DNA from: an uncultured Spirochaeta sp.
Lineage (GTDB): Bacteria; Spirochaetota; Spirochaetia; DTKZ01
Direction: 5' to 3'
NCBI GenBank assembly: GCA_937140905.1
Contig: CAKZQO010000121.1
Span: 1-49,677 of the forward strand
DNA: 49,677 nucleotides
Shown here: positions 36,597 to 46,353 of the stretch, piece after piece
How positions within the stretch are numbered: the first letter of the stretch is position 1
How the letters are laid out: each line of letters opens with the position of its first letter
Notes under the pieces: model-generated
What the model was told of the DNA's origin: nothing
The model's database searches: none
Seen by the model: only the letters and a program-made list of their open reading frames with translations
Translations under genes and position numbers: made by a program

Positions 36597-37078
36597 GCTT
36601 TGAACTTCTGTTCCCACGTGCGGATGATTCGTTTCCGTTTCAATTCACTCAAATGATCGATGAAGAGCACCCCGTTTAGATGATCTAACTCATGCTGGAT
36701 TACCCGAGCCAAGAGCCCATCCGCATCTAGGTGAAAAGTATTTCCCCTTTCATCCAAAGCTTCGATACTGATCATTTCGGGACGGGTCACATCTGCATAA
36801 ATCCCCGGTATGCTGAGACATCCTTCCTCATAGAGGGAAGTCTCAGGTGATACTCCTTTCAACACTGGATTGATGAATACTCGGGGGATATCGTCGGCTA
36901 TGTGGACCACGAAAATACGCTCCAAGATTCCCACTTGAGTAGCCGCTAATCCAATCCCTTTGCCTAAATGCATGGTTTCCAACATTTCTTTGACCAGAAG
37001 AGCTGTCTGCTGATCAATTCGTGTTACTTCCTTAGCTTTCTGACGAAGGACTTCGTGTCCCAAGGTTAGTATATTCAT
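36593..37078 (-). CDS. def: Peptide deformylase
   Basis: 161 aa. 'GIGLAATQVG', 'EGCLSIPG' and 'HELDHLNG'. Confidence 0.95.
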   Translation of the reverse strand: MNILTLGHEVLRQKAKEVTRIDQQTALLVKEMLETMHLGKGIGLAATQVGILERIFVVHIADDIPRVFINPVLKGVSPETSLYEEGCLSIPGIYADVTRPEMISIEALDERGNTFHLDADGLLARVIQHELDHLNGVLFIDHLSELKRKRIIRTWEQKFKA

Positions 37079-37086
37079 GCTTCCAC

Positions 37087-38127
37087 CTACATGAGCACGA
37101 TTCCGTGCTTCTTACAGTTCTCTACGATATGATCAGGCCAGATACTAGACTGTACTTCACCAATATGGGCTTTCCGCAAGAAAAACATGCAAAGCCGGGA
37201 TTGGCCGATCCCTCCCCCGATGGATTCAGGAAACTCTCCCTTCAACAGTCGTCGATGAAATAAAAGATTCTTCCGGTCTTCTGCTTTGCGGATGGCCAAC
37301 TGCCGCAGGAGAGCTTCTCGATCTACCCGAATTCCCATGGAGGATATCTCGAAAGCTCTTTCCAAAACGGGATGCCAGAAGATGATATCCCCATTTAGGC
37401 CTAGGTATCCATCCTCGTTGGGAGTGCTCCAATCATCGTAGTCGGGGGCTCTTCCATCATGGGGTTTCCCGTCTGAAAGGTTCGCGCCGATTCCTATGAT
37501 AAATACCGCGCCATACTTTCGAGCCGCTTCATTCTCTCGTTCCTGCGGGGTGAGGTTGGGATACAGGCGAAGGAGCTCCTCCGCGTGGATAAAGGTGATA
37601 TCCTCAGGCAAGATGGGCTTTATTTCCGGATAGGTTTCGTACACAAGGAATTCGGTAGCCAAAAAGGTCCCATATATCTTGCGAACGATGGCTTTCAGAA
37701 AGGTTAGGTTGCGATCCTCCTTCCGAATCGCCATCTCCCAGTCCCATTGATCCACATAATAGGAATGCAGCGTGTCCGGTTCTTCATCGGGCCGAATGGC
37801 ATTCATGTCAGTGTACAGACCATAGCCGACCGGAATTCCATAGTCTGCCAGCATCATGCGCTTCCACTTGGCCAACGATTGGGGTACTTCTGCTGTAACT
37901 CCATCCATGTTCCTAGGGTTGAACACCACGGGTTTCTCTACTCCGTTCAAGTCGTCATTAATGCCTGTTCCACTCTTTAAAAATAGGGGTGCGGTAACCC
38001 GTCGTAGCCGTAGAATCGCCGAGAGATAGGTTTGGAAAAATGTCTTGATATCGGCGATGGCCTTCTCGGTCTCTTCCAGGCTGAGGTAGGGTCTGTAATT
38101 CTCTGGGTAATAGTAGTATGGACTCAT
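37087..38127 (-). CDS. asnA: Aspartate-ammonia ligase (asparagine synthetase A)
   Basis: 346 aa with an AsnA-like N-terminus ('ETEKAIADIKTFFQ...RVTAPLFL...GINDDLNG') and 'GGGIGQSRLCMFFL'. Confidence 0.88.
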   Translation of the reverse strand: MSPYYYYPENYRPYLSLEETEKAIADIKTFFQTYLSAILRLRRVTAPLFLKSGTGINDDLNGVEKPVVFNPRNMDGVTAEVPQSLAKWKRMMLADYGIPVGYGLYTDMNAIRPDEEPDTLHSYYVDQWDWEMAIRKEDRNLTFLKAIVRKIYGTFLATEFLVYETYPEIKPILPEDITFIHAEELLRLYPNLTPQERENEAARKYGAVFIIGIGANLSDGKPHDGRAPDYDDWSTPNEDGYLGLNGDIIFWHPVLERAFEISSMGIRVDREALLRQLAIRKAEDRKNLLFHRRLLKGEFPESIGGGIGQSRLCMFFLRKAHIGEVQSSIWPDHIVENCKKHGIVLM

Positions 38128-38175
38128 AGTGCTAAAAACATATAGAAAAGAAAGGAAAGAATCAATTCGACCGTA

Positions 38176-40125
38176 TCAAAGGAGAGAGACGGGGTCCACG
38201 TCAACTTCAAGATACACTCCTTTGAGTAACTTGACCCTAGCTAGTTGATTCCTTAGTTCCGCATGGACAGGCAGAAAAGCTTTTGTTCTCAAGATGATTT
38301 GGTATCGATGGTTTCCCGCGATGACTCCAATGGGACATTCTGCGGGGCCTAGAACTTCTGCTTGCCCCCGTAATTCCCTTATCAAGTTCGTACCAATTTC
38401 CTCCGCCGCTGCTCGTACACTTTCTTCAGACTTGCCTCTAAAGACTAGTCGAAAGAGCCGTGAAAAGGGGGGAAAACGCAGTTCTGCTCGATTCTCAAGT
38501 TCCTTTTTATAGAATTCATCCACTGCCATCTGCGCTGCATGGTTCACCGCCTCGTGCTGGGGCATGTAGGTCTGAACAATGACCTTTCCATCTGGAGCGA
38601 ACCTTCCTGCTCGACCAGAAACCTGCACGATCAAGGAGAAAGTCCGCTCGGTAGCCCGGAAATCGGGCATGTGGAGTCCCGTATCTGCCAGCACGATTCC
38701 TACTAACCGTACCCCCGGGAAGTTGAGACCTTTGGCTACCATTTGAGTACCCAGGAGAAGATCGATTTTCCCTTCCTGGAACTCTTTAAGAATCCGTTCA
38801 AGAGTTCCTTTCCGTTCCACCGCATCGGTATCCAGGCGAGCTATTTTAAGTTCGGGAAAGATCCGTCGAGCTTCCTCTTCAATCTTCTCTGTACCCGAAC
38901 CATAGTACCCCACATCGAGAGATCCGCAGGAAGGACATAGATCCATTGGTCGGGTAGAGAATCCACAGTAGTGGCATACCATACGGTTTTTTTGCTTGTG
39001 AAAGGTAAGGCTCACCGAACAGCGACGGCACTTCATTTGATACCCACAGGTATTACAGTGAAAGGAGTAGGAAAAACCCCTGCGGTTAAGAAAGAGGATC
39101 GTCTGCCGTTTCTCCCTATGGGTAATCAGAATTTCTTCCTGAAGTCGCCGGGAAAACACCCCCTCTGTGCCCTTGAGGTCTACGATCTCTACCTCCGGGA
39201 GTTTTCCCCCCGCTAACCTTTTGGTAAGACGAATCCCTCGAATCTCCCCCTTCTGCATCAGATAGTAAGCCTCTACCGATGGAGTGGCGCTTCCCATCAC
39301 CAATCGCGCCTTACTGAGGGAACATCTCTTCATGGCTACCTGTCTGGCATGGTATCGGGGAGAGCTGCTCGATTTGTACGATCCTTCATGCTCCTCGTCC
39401 AGAATAATCAATCCCAATCGAGGATGAGGTGCAAAAACCGCACTCCGAGCACCTACCACCAGAGGGGCTTCTCCACGGAGGATCCTGCGCCATTCGGTTA
39501 GCCGCTGACTTGGGGTGAGGCGGGAATGAAGGACCGCTGCTTTACTTCCAAATCGTTCCCGAATTGCCCGAACCACCTGACCAGTGAGGGCTATTTCCGG
39601 AACCAGGTAGATCACACCCCTCCCTTCTAAAAGAGTTGCCTCCGCCACCCTCAGGAACACCTCGGTTTTCCCCGAACCCGTGATTCCAAAAAGGTAGTAC
39701 AAACCGTCTTCTTTAGATAAAATTTCCTTTACCGCCTGTTCCTGCTCAGGGGATAGCGAAGGAGGAGTAATAAACACCTCTTCCCCGGCGTCTTCAAACA
39801 AAGGAACTTCGGTTTCCTTCTTTCCGCCTGGAAGCATTGCGGCCAGAGCTTCTCCGAGGGATGAATAGTAGCGATCGGCTATCCAGCGGGCCAACGCAAG
39901 GTACTCTTTGTCGAAGAGGGGTTCTTTGTCCAGTACTCGACGGAGGGGTTTCAGTTGGAAGGAAGCACCATCTTCCTTGAGAGGTTCTGTACCTACCACA
40001 TACCCATTTAGATTTCGTCCATGGAAGGGAGCAACAACTCGGCATCCAAAAGGCACTTCCTCGTTCGTGGTGTAGGTAAACTCTCGATCTACGGGAATGT
40101 TGAATACCACCTGCACCAAACCCAT
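38176..40125 (-). CDS. priA: Primosomal replication restart helicase PriA
   Basis: Walker A 'GITGSGKTEV', 'DEEHE', and Cys-rich zinc fingers ('CNTCGYQMKCRRCS...CHYCG...CPSCGS'). I prefer the ATG at 40125, just after the udg stop. Confidence 0.92.
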   Translation of the reverse strand: MGLVQVVFNIPVDREFTYTTNEEVPFGCRVVAPFHGRNLNGYVVGTEPLKEDGASFQLKPLRRVLDKEPLFDKEYLALARWIADRYYSSLGEALAAMLPGGKKETEVPLFEDAGEEVFITPPSLSPEQEQAVKEILSKEDGLYYLFGITGSGKTEVFLRVAEATLLEGRGVIYLVPEIALTGQVVRAIRERFGSKAAVLHSRLTPSQRLTEWRRILRGEAPLVVGARSAVFAPHPRLGLIILDEEHEGSYKSSSSPRYHARQVAMKRCSLSKARLVMGSATPSVEAYYLMQKGEIRGIRLTKRLAGGKLPEVEIVDLKGTEGVFSRRLQEEILITHREKRQTILFLNRRGFSYSFHCNTCGYQMKCRRCSVSLTFHKQKNRMVCHYCGFSTRPMDLCPSCGSLDVGYYGSGTEKIEEEARRIFPELKIARLDTDAVERKGTLERILKEFQEGKIDLLLGTQMVAKGLNFPGVRLVGIVLADTGLHMPDFRATERTFSLIVQVSGRAGRFAPDGKVIVQTYMPQHEAVNHAAQMAVDEFYKKELENRAELRFPPFSRLFRLVFRGKSEESVRAAAEEIGTNLIRELRGQAEVLGPAECPIGVIAGNHRYQIILRTKAFLPVHAELRNQLARVKLLKGVYLEVDVDPVSLL

Positions 40126-40126
40126 G

Positions 40127-40870
40127 CTATGATGGAGTCTCCTGCTCCGAGTTCTTGGATGGGAAAGCATCCAATAGAGCTTTCAACCGCTTCAAATCTT
40201 CCCAAACCGGACGTTTGAGGTTCGCATCTCGAAGAACCGCACTAGGATGATACGTAGCCACCAGGGGGATTCCTCTCCATCTGTGTACCGTTCCCCGGAG
40301 GGAACCAATCCCTTGGGTGGTTCCTAAAAGAGACTGGGCCGCGATCCTTCCCACGGCTAGAATCGCTAAAGGTCTTACGAGTTCTACCTGCTTTAACAGA
40401 TAGGGAAAACAAGCTTTCACCTCATCCTCTTGGGGATCCCGATTGCCGGGAGGACGACATTTCACCATATTGGCTATGTAGGCATTCCTCTCTCTCGATA
40501 ACCCCACTGCCGCTAGCCATTTATCCAGGAACTGCCCCGCCGCCCCCACAAAAGGTAATCCCTGCCTATCTTCCTCTGCCCCAGGGCCTTCTCCGATGAC
40601 CATCACCAAGGGATCCATCACCCCCATTCCAGGCACTGTACGGGTTCTTTCCTTGGCAAGTCTGCAGCGAGAGCACTCCTGGATGATCCGAGCAAGCTGT
40701 TCCATCCCTCGTTTTCGTTCAATAATAGGGTCCAGGGAAAATTCAGAACCCACAAAGTCAATTGCCGGGGTAGAATCCCTTTCCGAGCTCCGAAAAGGAG
40801 ATTCCAACAGATCCTGGAAATCCAATAGAATCTCGTTGTACTGGGCAAAGAAATCTTTTTTATTCATCAT
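40127..40870 (-). CDS. Uracil-DNA glycosylase, family 4, with an N-terminal extension
   Basis: 'CSRCRL...', 'VMVIGEGPGAEEDRQGLPFVGAAGQFLDKWL' and 'HPSAVLR'. I prefer the ATGATG at 40870, which overlaps the end of truA by 11 nt. Confidence 0.85.
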   Translation of the reverse strand: MMNKKDFFAQYNEILLDFQDLLESPFRSSERDSTPAIDFVGSEFSLDPIIERKRGMEQLARIIQECSRCRLAKERTRTVPGMGVMDPLVMVIGEGPGAEEDRQGLPFVGAAGQFLDKWLAAVGLSRERNAYIANMVKCRPPGNRDPQEDEVKACFPYLLKQVELVRPLAILAVGRIAAQSLLGTTQGIGSLRGTVHRWRGIPLVATYHPSAVLRDANLKRPVWEDLKRLKALLDAFPSKNSEQETPS

Positions 40871-41612
40871 CGTATACCACCCGATGGAGAAACAATCCGG
40901 AAGCGGGAGCCGTGTCACCGGCAAGATCCCTGTCCTTGGCCTCGAGTATCTCCCGAATCTGTTCCGGTGGTCGTTCCTCCTGATCTAACATCAGAAAAGT
41001 TCCCACTAGGTTCCGTACCATGTGCCAGAGAAACGAGGTACCGGTAATACGAAACACGAGAAAAGGCCCTTGGGGGAAAAAGGCTGCAGATTGAATGGTC
41101 CTAACTTTCGAGGGATTGGGATCTCCCAAAGCGGAAAAGCTGGTGAAATCATGGGTGCCAACAATGTAAGAAGCCATTCGGTTCAGTCTACTTAAATGGG
41201 GTCTATAAGGAATCCAATGGCAGTACCGTCGATAGTAGGGAGGAACAATGGGTCGAGGATAAATATAGTATCGATACTCCCGAACCTTGGCATCGAACCG
41301 CGCATGAAAGGATTCATCCACCTCTTTGCTTTCCAATGCTCGCACATCGAAGGGGAGAATCGAGTTCAATGCAGGGGTGAATTTCTCCGAAGGAATGGAA
41401 GATAGATCAGTAAAGAAATTGATCACCTGTCCAGCCGCGTGGACTCCCGAGTCGGTTCTGCCTGCAGCATGGACATGAACGGAGTGTTTATGGATCTTTG
41501 CCAGCGCTTGTTCCACCACGGATTGTACCGTTCGCCCCTCCTTCTGGGTCTGCCATCCAAAGAAATCTGTTCCATCGTATGCCAACACAACCCGGATGTT
41601 CCTTCTACTCAT
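40860..41612 (-). CDS. truA: tRNA pseudouridine(38-40) synthase
   Basis: 250 aa. 'YDGTDFFGWQ' and 'AGRTDSGVHA' (catalytic Asp). Confidence 0.93.
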   Translation of the reverse strand: MSRRNIRVVLAYDGTDFFGWQTQKEGRTVQSVVEQALAKIHKHSVHVHAAGRTDSGVHAAGQVINFFTDLSSIPSEKFTPALNSILPFDVRALESKEVDESFHARFDAKVREYRYYIYPRPIVPPYYRRYCHWIPYRPHLSRLNRMASYIVGTHDFTSFSALGDPNPSKVRTIQSAAFFPQGPFLVFRITGTSFLWHMVRNLVGTFLMLDQEERPPEQIREILEAKDRDLAGDTAPASGLFLHRVVYDDE

Positions 41613-42504
41613 TCTCCTCTGTTTCCTCCTCCGGTCCTACCTGTACTCCAATTTGTTCCAACCCTTTGTTGATCTCTTCGTACAGTTCTCTGGCCTGATC
41701 TAATAGAGCCGAAGGTTTCTGTTTCGAGGCTTTCCCCATTCCGAATATTTTGGCCACGTATCTCTTAGCCGTAGTGAGGGTTTGTATCCTCTTTTCCTTA
41801 TCCTTACGAGGGCCGTAGAGAAGTTCCAGAAGCCCATTCAAATACAGGACCCCATCATACCCATAGTCCTTGTCCAAATCGGGCCCCAGCACTTTCATGC
41901 CTGACATGGGTTCCAACCCTCGTTGTTCTCTTTCCACTGCTTGGGTATAGAAGAAACGGGCCTTTCTATAGAGGTTTGCTGCCAGATAGTCGTAATTTTC
42001 ATTGGGAAACTTGCGGTGAAGATCGTTGCAACACCAAGCTGCCCGTAGGCAACAGACTCCTTGCTTGATGGTTGGAGAAAACTCCTTGGTGAAGTAGTCG
42101 TAACAAAAAACCGCCAGAATGTACGATGCCACTCCCTCCTTCAGCGTCCTTGGCCGAGTAAAGTCCAGTTCGGGAAACAAAGGTTTCAAACTCTCTTTTC
42201 GTTTTTCCATCTGTTCCAGAAGAGCTCCCTTGTTCTTATCTGGGGGGGAGAGAAAATCTTGTGGGAAGGTAGCATAAAAACAGGTAGGACACACCGTAAT
42301 GGGATAGATCAAAGGGAATATTTCCCCGAACTTCTTGGAAGGTTCGTATATTCTACGAAGATCCCTCGTTAGCGGGCCAGCAATCATCCTCCCGCCACCA
42401 GTGAGGAGTTCTTCCCGATAGAAGACGGTTTCACAGAGAGGACACTGAATGGGAGTCTTCTGAAAGAAGGTAAGTTTTTTCCCTTGATCTTCCATACTTT
42501 CCAC
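41605..42504 (-). CDS. DUF2225-like protein with a split zinc ribbon
   Basis: 299 aa. 'CPLCETVF' and 'CPTCFYATF' CxxC pairs, followed by a helical C-terminal region. The family name is from memory. Confidence 0.6.
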   Translation of the reverse strand: MESMEDQGKKLTFFQKTPIQCPLCETVFYREELLTGGGRMIAGPLTRDLRRIYEPSKKFGEIFPLIYPITVCPTCFYATFPQDFLSPPDKNKGALLEQMEKRKESLKPLFPELDFTRPRTLKEGVASYILAVFCYDYFTKEFSPTIKQGVCCLRAAWCCNDLHRKFPNENYDYLAANLYRKARFFYTQAVEREQRGLEPMSGMKVLGPDLDKDYGYDGVLYLNGLLELLYGPRKDKEKRIQTLTTAKRYVAKIFGMGKASKQKPSALLDQARELYEEINKGLEQIGVQVGPEEETEENE

Positions 42505-42505
42505 T

Positions 42506-42877
42506 TTACCCTTCTAACACTACCATGGCCAACGCATAATCCTCTTCATGGGTCAAAGAAACATGGACTTTCTTGCCCCCTAACTGCCGGAATATTTCCA
42601 ACGCCTTTCCTTCTAACAATAACTCCGGTTTTCCATGAGGATCGTTCACTACATTGATGTCTCGAAGCTGTATCCCATAGAGACCTGTACCGAGAGCTTT
42701 ACCAAAGGCCTCCTTGGCGGCAAAGCGTGCAGCGAGGGAAAGGACAGCATTCTGCCCATTCTTTCTTGCCGTCTCCAGTTCCTGAGGATGAAAGTATCTC
42801 TCATACAGACCAGGGATGGATGCCCACCGGCGGATTCTCTCTACCTGTATCACGTCAATTCCGATTCCCAATATCAT
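42506..42877 (-). CDS. acpS: Holo-[acyl-carrier-protein] synthase
   Basis: 123 aa. 'ILGIGIDVIQVERI' and 'FAAKEAFGKALG'. Confidence 0.92.
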   Translation of the reverse strand: MILGIGIDVIQVERIRRWASIPGLYERYFHPQELETARKNGQNAVLSLAARFAAKEAFGKALGTGLYGIQLRDINVVNDPHGKPELLLEGKALEIFRQLGGKKVHVSLTHEEDYALAMVVLEG

Positions 42878-42883
42878 TCCTGT

Positions 42884-43870
42884 CTACTCCACCTGTTCTA
42901 CCTTCAATGTCACACTAGTTGGTTCGAATCTCAAGACCATGAGTCCTGAGGGCGTATCAATACGAACCGGTAACGTGTAGATACCCGGATGGGTAATACT
43001 CTTTCCGTCTACGATAAGACGGATCTGATCCCCTCCCATACTATCCAGTATATTCTGGGCTCCTTGTACCCGTATCGTTCCTTTGGGAAGAGCGTGGGAC
43101 AATCGAAGATCGGAACGCAGATCCAATACCACGATATTTACGGACTCGAAAGTCTTGAGGATGGTAGTTTCCTGCACAAATCCCCTGAATTCCACCATGT
43201 CCCCATTGGGAAAAGAGAGAAGGGGATCATTCTTCAGGATTCGAACTTCGAGGCTAAAGTTTTCTTTTTTCCCCGTTAGATCTATCTCTTCCGTGGGGAT
43301 GGAATACAACCTTTCGAGTTTGCTTTGAGGCCCCTCTACGAGAATCAAAGAAGGGGTTACATAGTATTGCACCAATTCATACCCTGAGAGGAGGGACCCT
43401 TTGAAACGCGGCGACACCTCTACCCGTTTTTGAATTTTCTCTTCGATAAATACCACCAGTTCAATGGGCTCCACCCTGAACTCCATGATATTCGAATCCT
43501 CCACGCCTCCTTTCCGCTTTATCTGGATGGGGACCCGATACGTTCCTTTCTTGGTGAAAGGGGTAAAATCTGCGATAGCCTCGATATCTCCTTCGGAAAA
43601 CGTGGCTAGGTTCTTTTCTTTTCCTCGAACAGAGACCCGCACTCTTCTAGGAATTGGTTGTCCTGCGGTGAATCCATTGGCGAAAACAGCCTGTAAAGGA
43701 ACATTGATAAACCGTTCTGATAGAGTGGAATAATTATGGAATAGAAACAGTAGGATGGCCGCTGCTAGAGAGAGAGCTTTTGCGGGCCATTCTGCGACTA
43801 GGCGATCCAGAAAGGATTTACTCCTCAAGGACACCCTCCTCAGTTTCCTCCATCGACCCTTCACCTCCAA
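42884..43870 (-). CDS. cdaR: YbbR-domain protein, CdaA regulator
   Basis: 328 aa. N-terminal anchor 'ALSLAAAILLFLF', repeated YbbR-like beta units, and a position directly after cdaA. Confidence 0.78.
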   Translation of the reverse strand: MEVKGRWRKLRRVSLRSKSFLDRLVAEWPAKALSLAAAILLFLFHNYSTLSERFINVPLQAVFANGFTAGQPIPRRVRVSVRGKEKNLATFSEGDIEAIADFTPFTKKGTYRVPIQIKRKGGVEDSNIMEFRVEPIELVVFIEEKIQKRVEVSPRFKGSLLSGYELVQYYVTPSLILVEGPQSKLERLYSIPTEEIDLTGKKENFSLEVRILKNDPLLSFPNGDMVEFRGFVQETTILKTFESVNIVVLDLRSDLRLSHALPKGTIRVQGAQNILDSMGGDQIRLIVDGKSITHPGIYTLPVRIDTPSGLMVLRFEPTSVTLKVEQVE

Positions 43871-44627
43871 TGATGAAGAGTTCCCGCAATCGTTTTCTCA
43901 GTTGGGTTTCTGGAATATCGTAGATGAGGTTTCCATCGTAGGCTAACGAAATAGCTCCACTTTCCTCCGATACCACCACTACCACCGCATCCGTTTCTTC
44001 TGCTAGCCCCAAGGCAGCTCGGTGCCTAGTACCGAAACTCCTTCGGATATCCGGTTGTTCTGATAGGGGTAGGAAGCATCCAGCTGCAGCGATTTTTCCC
44101 CCTTCGATAATCAATGCTCCGTCATGGAGGGGGGTATCATGTCCAAAAATCGTTACAATCAGCTTGGCGGTAATTTCTGCATCCAATCGGGTTCCCGTGT
44201 CGATGTAATTTTTCAGTCCTACCTGTCTAGCGATTACGATCAACCCGCCCCTTCGCTTACTGGACAGAGTCACTGCAGCTTGGATCACTTCATCCAGTTG
44301 CAGGATCTGTTCGGAGGAAGCAAACCTGAACCACCCCCCTTGCCCAATCTGGGTAAATATCTTTCTAAGTTCCGGTTGAAAGATGATGGCTACGCCGATC
44401 ACCAAACCGGGGACCATGAGGTTCAACACCCAAAGAAGGGTCTGAAGTTTGAAGAAAAAGGCTACCGCATAGATCAACGCCATTAGGGCCGCACCCCTAA
44501 CGAGTTGGATGGCTTTCGTTTGTATCAGGATCTGGTAGCTCCGATAGATGAGAAAGGAGAGAATCAGAATGTCTATGGCGGGGAGGATCACTTCTTGAAA
44601 TGTACGGGTAGTTAGGATCCAGCTCAA
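43818..44627 (-). CDS. cdaA: Diadenylate cyclase CdaA (three TM segments plus DAC domain)
   Basis: 269 aa. 'GALIVI', 'HDGALIIEGGKIAAAGCFLPLS' and 'GTRHRAALGLAEETDAVVVVVSEESG'. TTG start at 44627. The C-terminus overlaps cdaR by 53 nt. Confidence 0.9.
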   Translation of the reverse strand: MSWILTTRTFQEVILPAIDILILSFLIYRSYQILIQTKAIQLVRGAALMALIYAVAFFFKLQTLLWVLNLMVPGLVIGVAIIFQPELRKIFTQIGQGGWFRFASSEQILQLDEVIQAAVTLSSKRRGGLIVIARQVGLKNYIDTGTRLDAEITAKLIVTIFGHDTPLHDGALIIEGGKIAAAGCFLPLSEQPDIRRSFGTRHRAALGLAEETDAVVVVVSEESGAISLAYDGNLIYDIPETQLRKRLRELFIIGGEGSMEETEEGVLEE

Positions 44628-44644
44628 TCTTACACTCCGAGACC

Positions 44645-44672
44645 ACTATACAAAATTTAACAGAGATGTCCA
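44645..44672 (-). promoter_or_regulatory. Putative sigma70-type promoter of the cdaA operon
   Basis: Minus strand: TGGACA (44672-44667), 16-nt spacer, TATAGT (44650-44645). About 18 nt upstream of the TTG start. Confidence 0.45.
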
Positions 44673-44702
44673 GCCAGTGTTCGTAGAGGGGGGTATGGGG
44701 AA

Positions 44703-45650
44703 TTAGAGTACAAACTCCCCATCCTTGAGAATCCTTCGATCGTCCACCCACAGGTTAGGTTTCAGAATGATGCCATCGATATGTACCCCTGCGGATACTT
44801 TGCCCCCAAACCCTGAGTTGGTTCCGAAGGCGATATGCACAGTGCCATAGACTTTTTCGTCTTCCAGAATGATGCCTGTCAAACGGGCCTTGTCGTTGGT
44901 ACCGATCCCCAATTCTCCCACATTTCGAGCTTCTTCTCGCTCACCCAGGATACCTTGTATCCAGTCTGCTTCAGGGCCTCTGAATTCTACCGCAAGACCT
45001 TTATGGACCACCACCTCGAGAGGACCTCTCAACTTTCCATATTCTGCCAAAGAACCATCGATCAGTATAATTCCTTCGGCAGAACCTTCCACGGGAGCTA
45101 TGTAGGCTTCTCCTGTTGGAAGGTTTCCAAAGCTCCCCGGCGTATGGTACAGGCCATTGCTGGAAACTCCCCTTCTCCCTTCGATTGAAAGCTCCAGCAC
45201 CCTTCCTTCCTTTTCTATGCGCGCCTTAGACCCCGCGGAAAGAATCTCGGTGATCCGATCCGTCAACTCAGCTAATTTCTTATAGTCGGCAGTGATGGCT
45301 CCCTCGAGGAACATGTCCTCCGTAATTCCCGGCATCGTAGCGATCCTCGCTCCTCTAGCACAGGCCTCTTTTCGAGCGGAGGTATGGGTAAGGGAATGCT
45401 TTGTGGGACAGATCACGATTTGGGAACTCTTCATTGCCTCCGCTACCAGGGCAGTTGGCTCTGCTCCACTTTTTTCCGTTTCGGGCATCACCAATAGATG
45501 TGCCTGAAGTCCCAAGGACACAGCCGCCTTGTAGAGCGTCTCCCCGATTATTCGGGTAGGAGGATCGGTTACAACCAGGAACACTTCCCTCTCTTTCGGG
45601 GCTAAACATTGTTGAATGACCTTTCTAGCTGTTGCTTCTAGATTTCCCAT
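44703..45650 (-). CDS. M29 (aminopeptidase T/AmpS)-like protein, short form
   Basis: 315 aa. 'NLPTGEAYIAP', 'ELGIGTN' and 'LEDEKVYGTVHIAFG' resemble the C-terminal metal-binding region of the M29/AmpS fold. Confidence 0.6.
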   Translation of the reverse strand: MGNLEATARKVIQQCLAPKEREVFLVVTDPPTRIIGETLYKAAVSLGLQAHLLVMPETEKSGAEPTALVAEAMKSSQIVICPTKHSLTHTSARKEACARGARIATMPGITEDMFLEGAITADYKKLAELTDRITEILSAGSKARIEKEGRVLELSIEGRRGVSSNGLYHTPGSFGNLPTGEAYIAPVEGSAEGIILIDGSLAEYGKLRGPLEVVVHKGLAVEFRGPEADWIQGILGEREEARNVGELGIGTNDKARLTGIILEDEKVYGTVHIAFGTNSGFGGKVSAGVHIDGIILKPNLWVDDRRILKDGEFVL

Positions 45651-45675
45651 ACCTTTCTCCTATGTCTTTACATAC

Positions 45676-46353
45676 CTAAGCGATCAATTCTCCCACGATC
45701 CGGCCCAGCAAGGTTCTAGGGAGGATTACAGGGCATTGGGCAGTATCTCGAACGATCTCCTTAATCGATTTAGTAAAACCGATGCAATCCAGTACGATCA
45801 GATCTACCCCTTTACTTTTCAGGTACCTAGCGGCTTTGCGAAAATCTTCCTCTTTCCCCGAATAGGGAGATGCTGCCGCAAGTTCTACCTGTAACCCTGT
45901 CTTTTCCCACTTCTTGCCCAAAAGGGGAATTTGATCGGCCGAAGGTAGGATAGCTCCTAGTTTTCCCCTGGAAAGGATTCCAGGTACCACGTGCTCCATG
46001 ATCACATCTGGTTTCAACAGAAGAACTTGTCCTTCCAGTTCTGGGAACTCACCCGTACAGAACAGTACCAGCATCTGGGCCCCTGCTTGCCTAAGGGTTC
46101 GCGCGCACTCCTTCATTCGTTCATGGATGTATCGCTCGGCGATCTTCACTTCCGTTCCATCCCGTAGACGAGTTATCAGGATGTAATCCCCCTCCGAGGG
46201 AGCCATTCGGGCAATCTCTTCTTTGGATAGACCATCTAGGGCACCGCATTGCAGGAGTTCTACTTTATTCCCCACCGCCTCTAAAAACTCCCCCGCCACA
46301 TCGGTCCGAGGAGATTGCCCAATGGTTAACGCACCGATCCGTATTGGTTTCAT
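45676..46353 (-). CDS. aroM: AroM family protein (function unknown)
   Basis: 225 aa. 'IGALTIGQSPRTD' and the C-terminal 'VDLIVLDCIGFTKSIKEIVRDTAQCPVILPRTLLGRIVGELI' align by eye with E. coli AroM ('[42 protein letters not shown]'). Confidence 0.75.
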   Translation of the reverse strand: MKPIRIGALTIGQSPRTDVAGEFLEAVGNKVELLQCGALDGLSKEEIARMAPSEGDYILITRLRDGTEVKIAERYIHERMKECARTLRQAGAQMLVLFCTGEFPELEGQVLLLKPDVIMEHVVPGILSRGKLGAILPSADQIPLLGKKWEKTGLQVELAAASPYSGKEEDFRKAARYLKSKGVDLIVLDCIGFTKSIKEIVRDTAQCPVILPRTLLGRIVGELIA

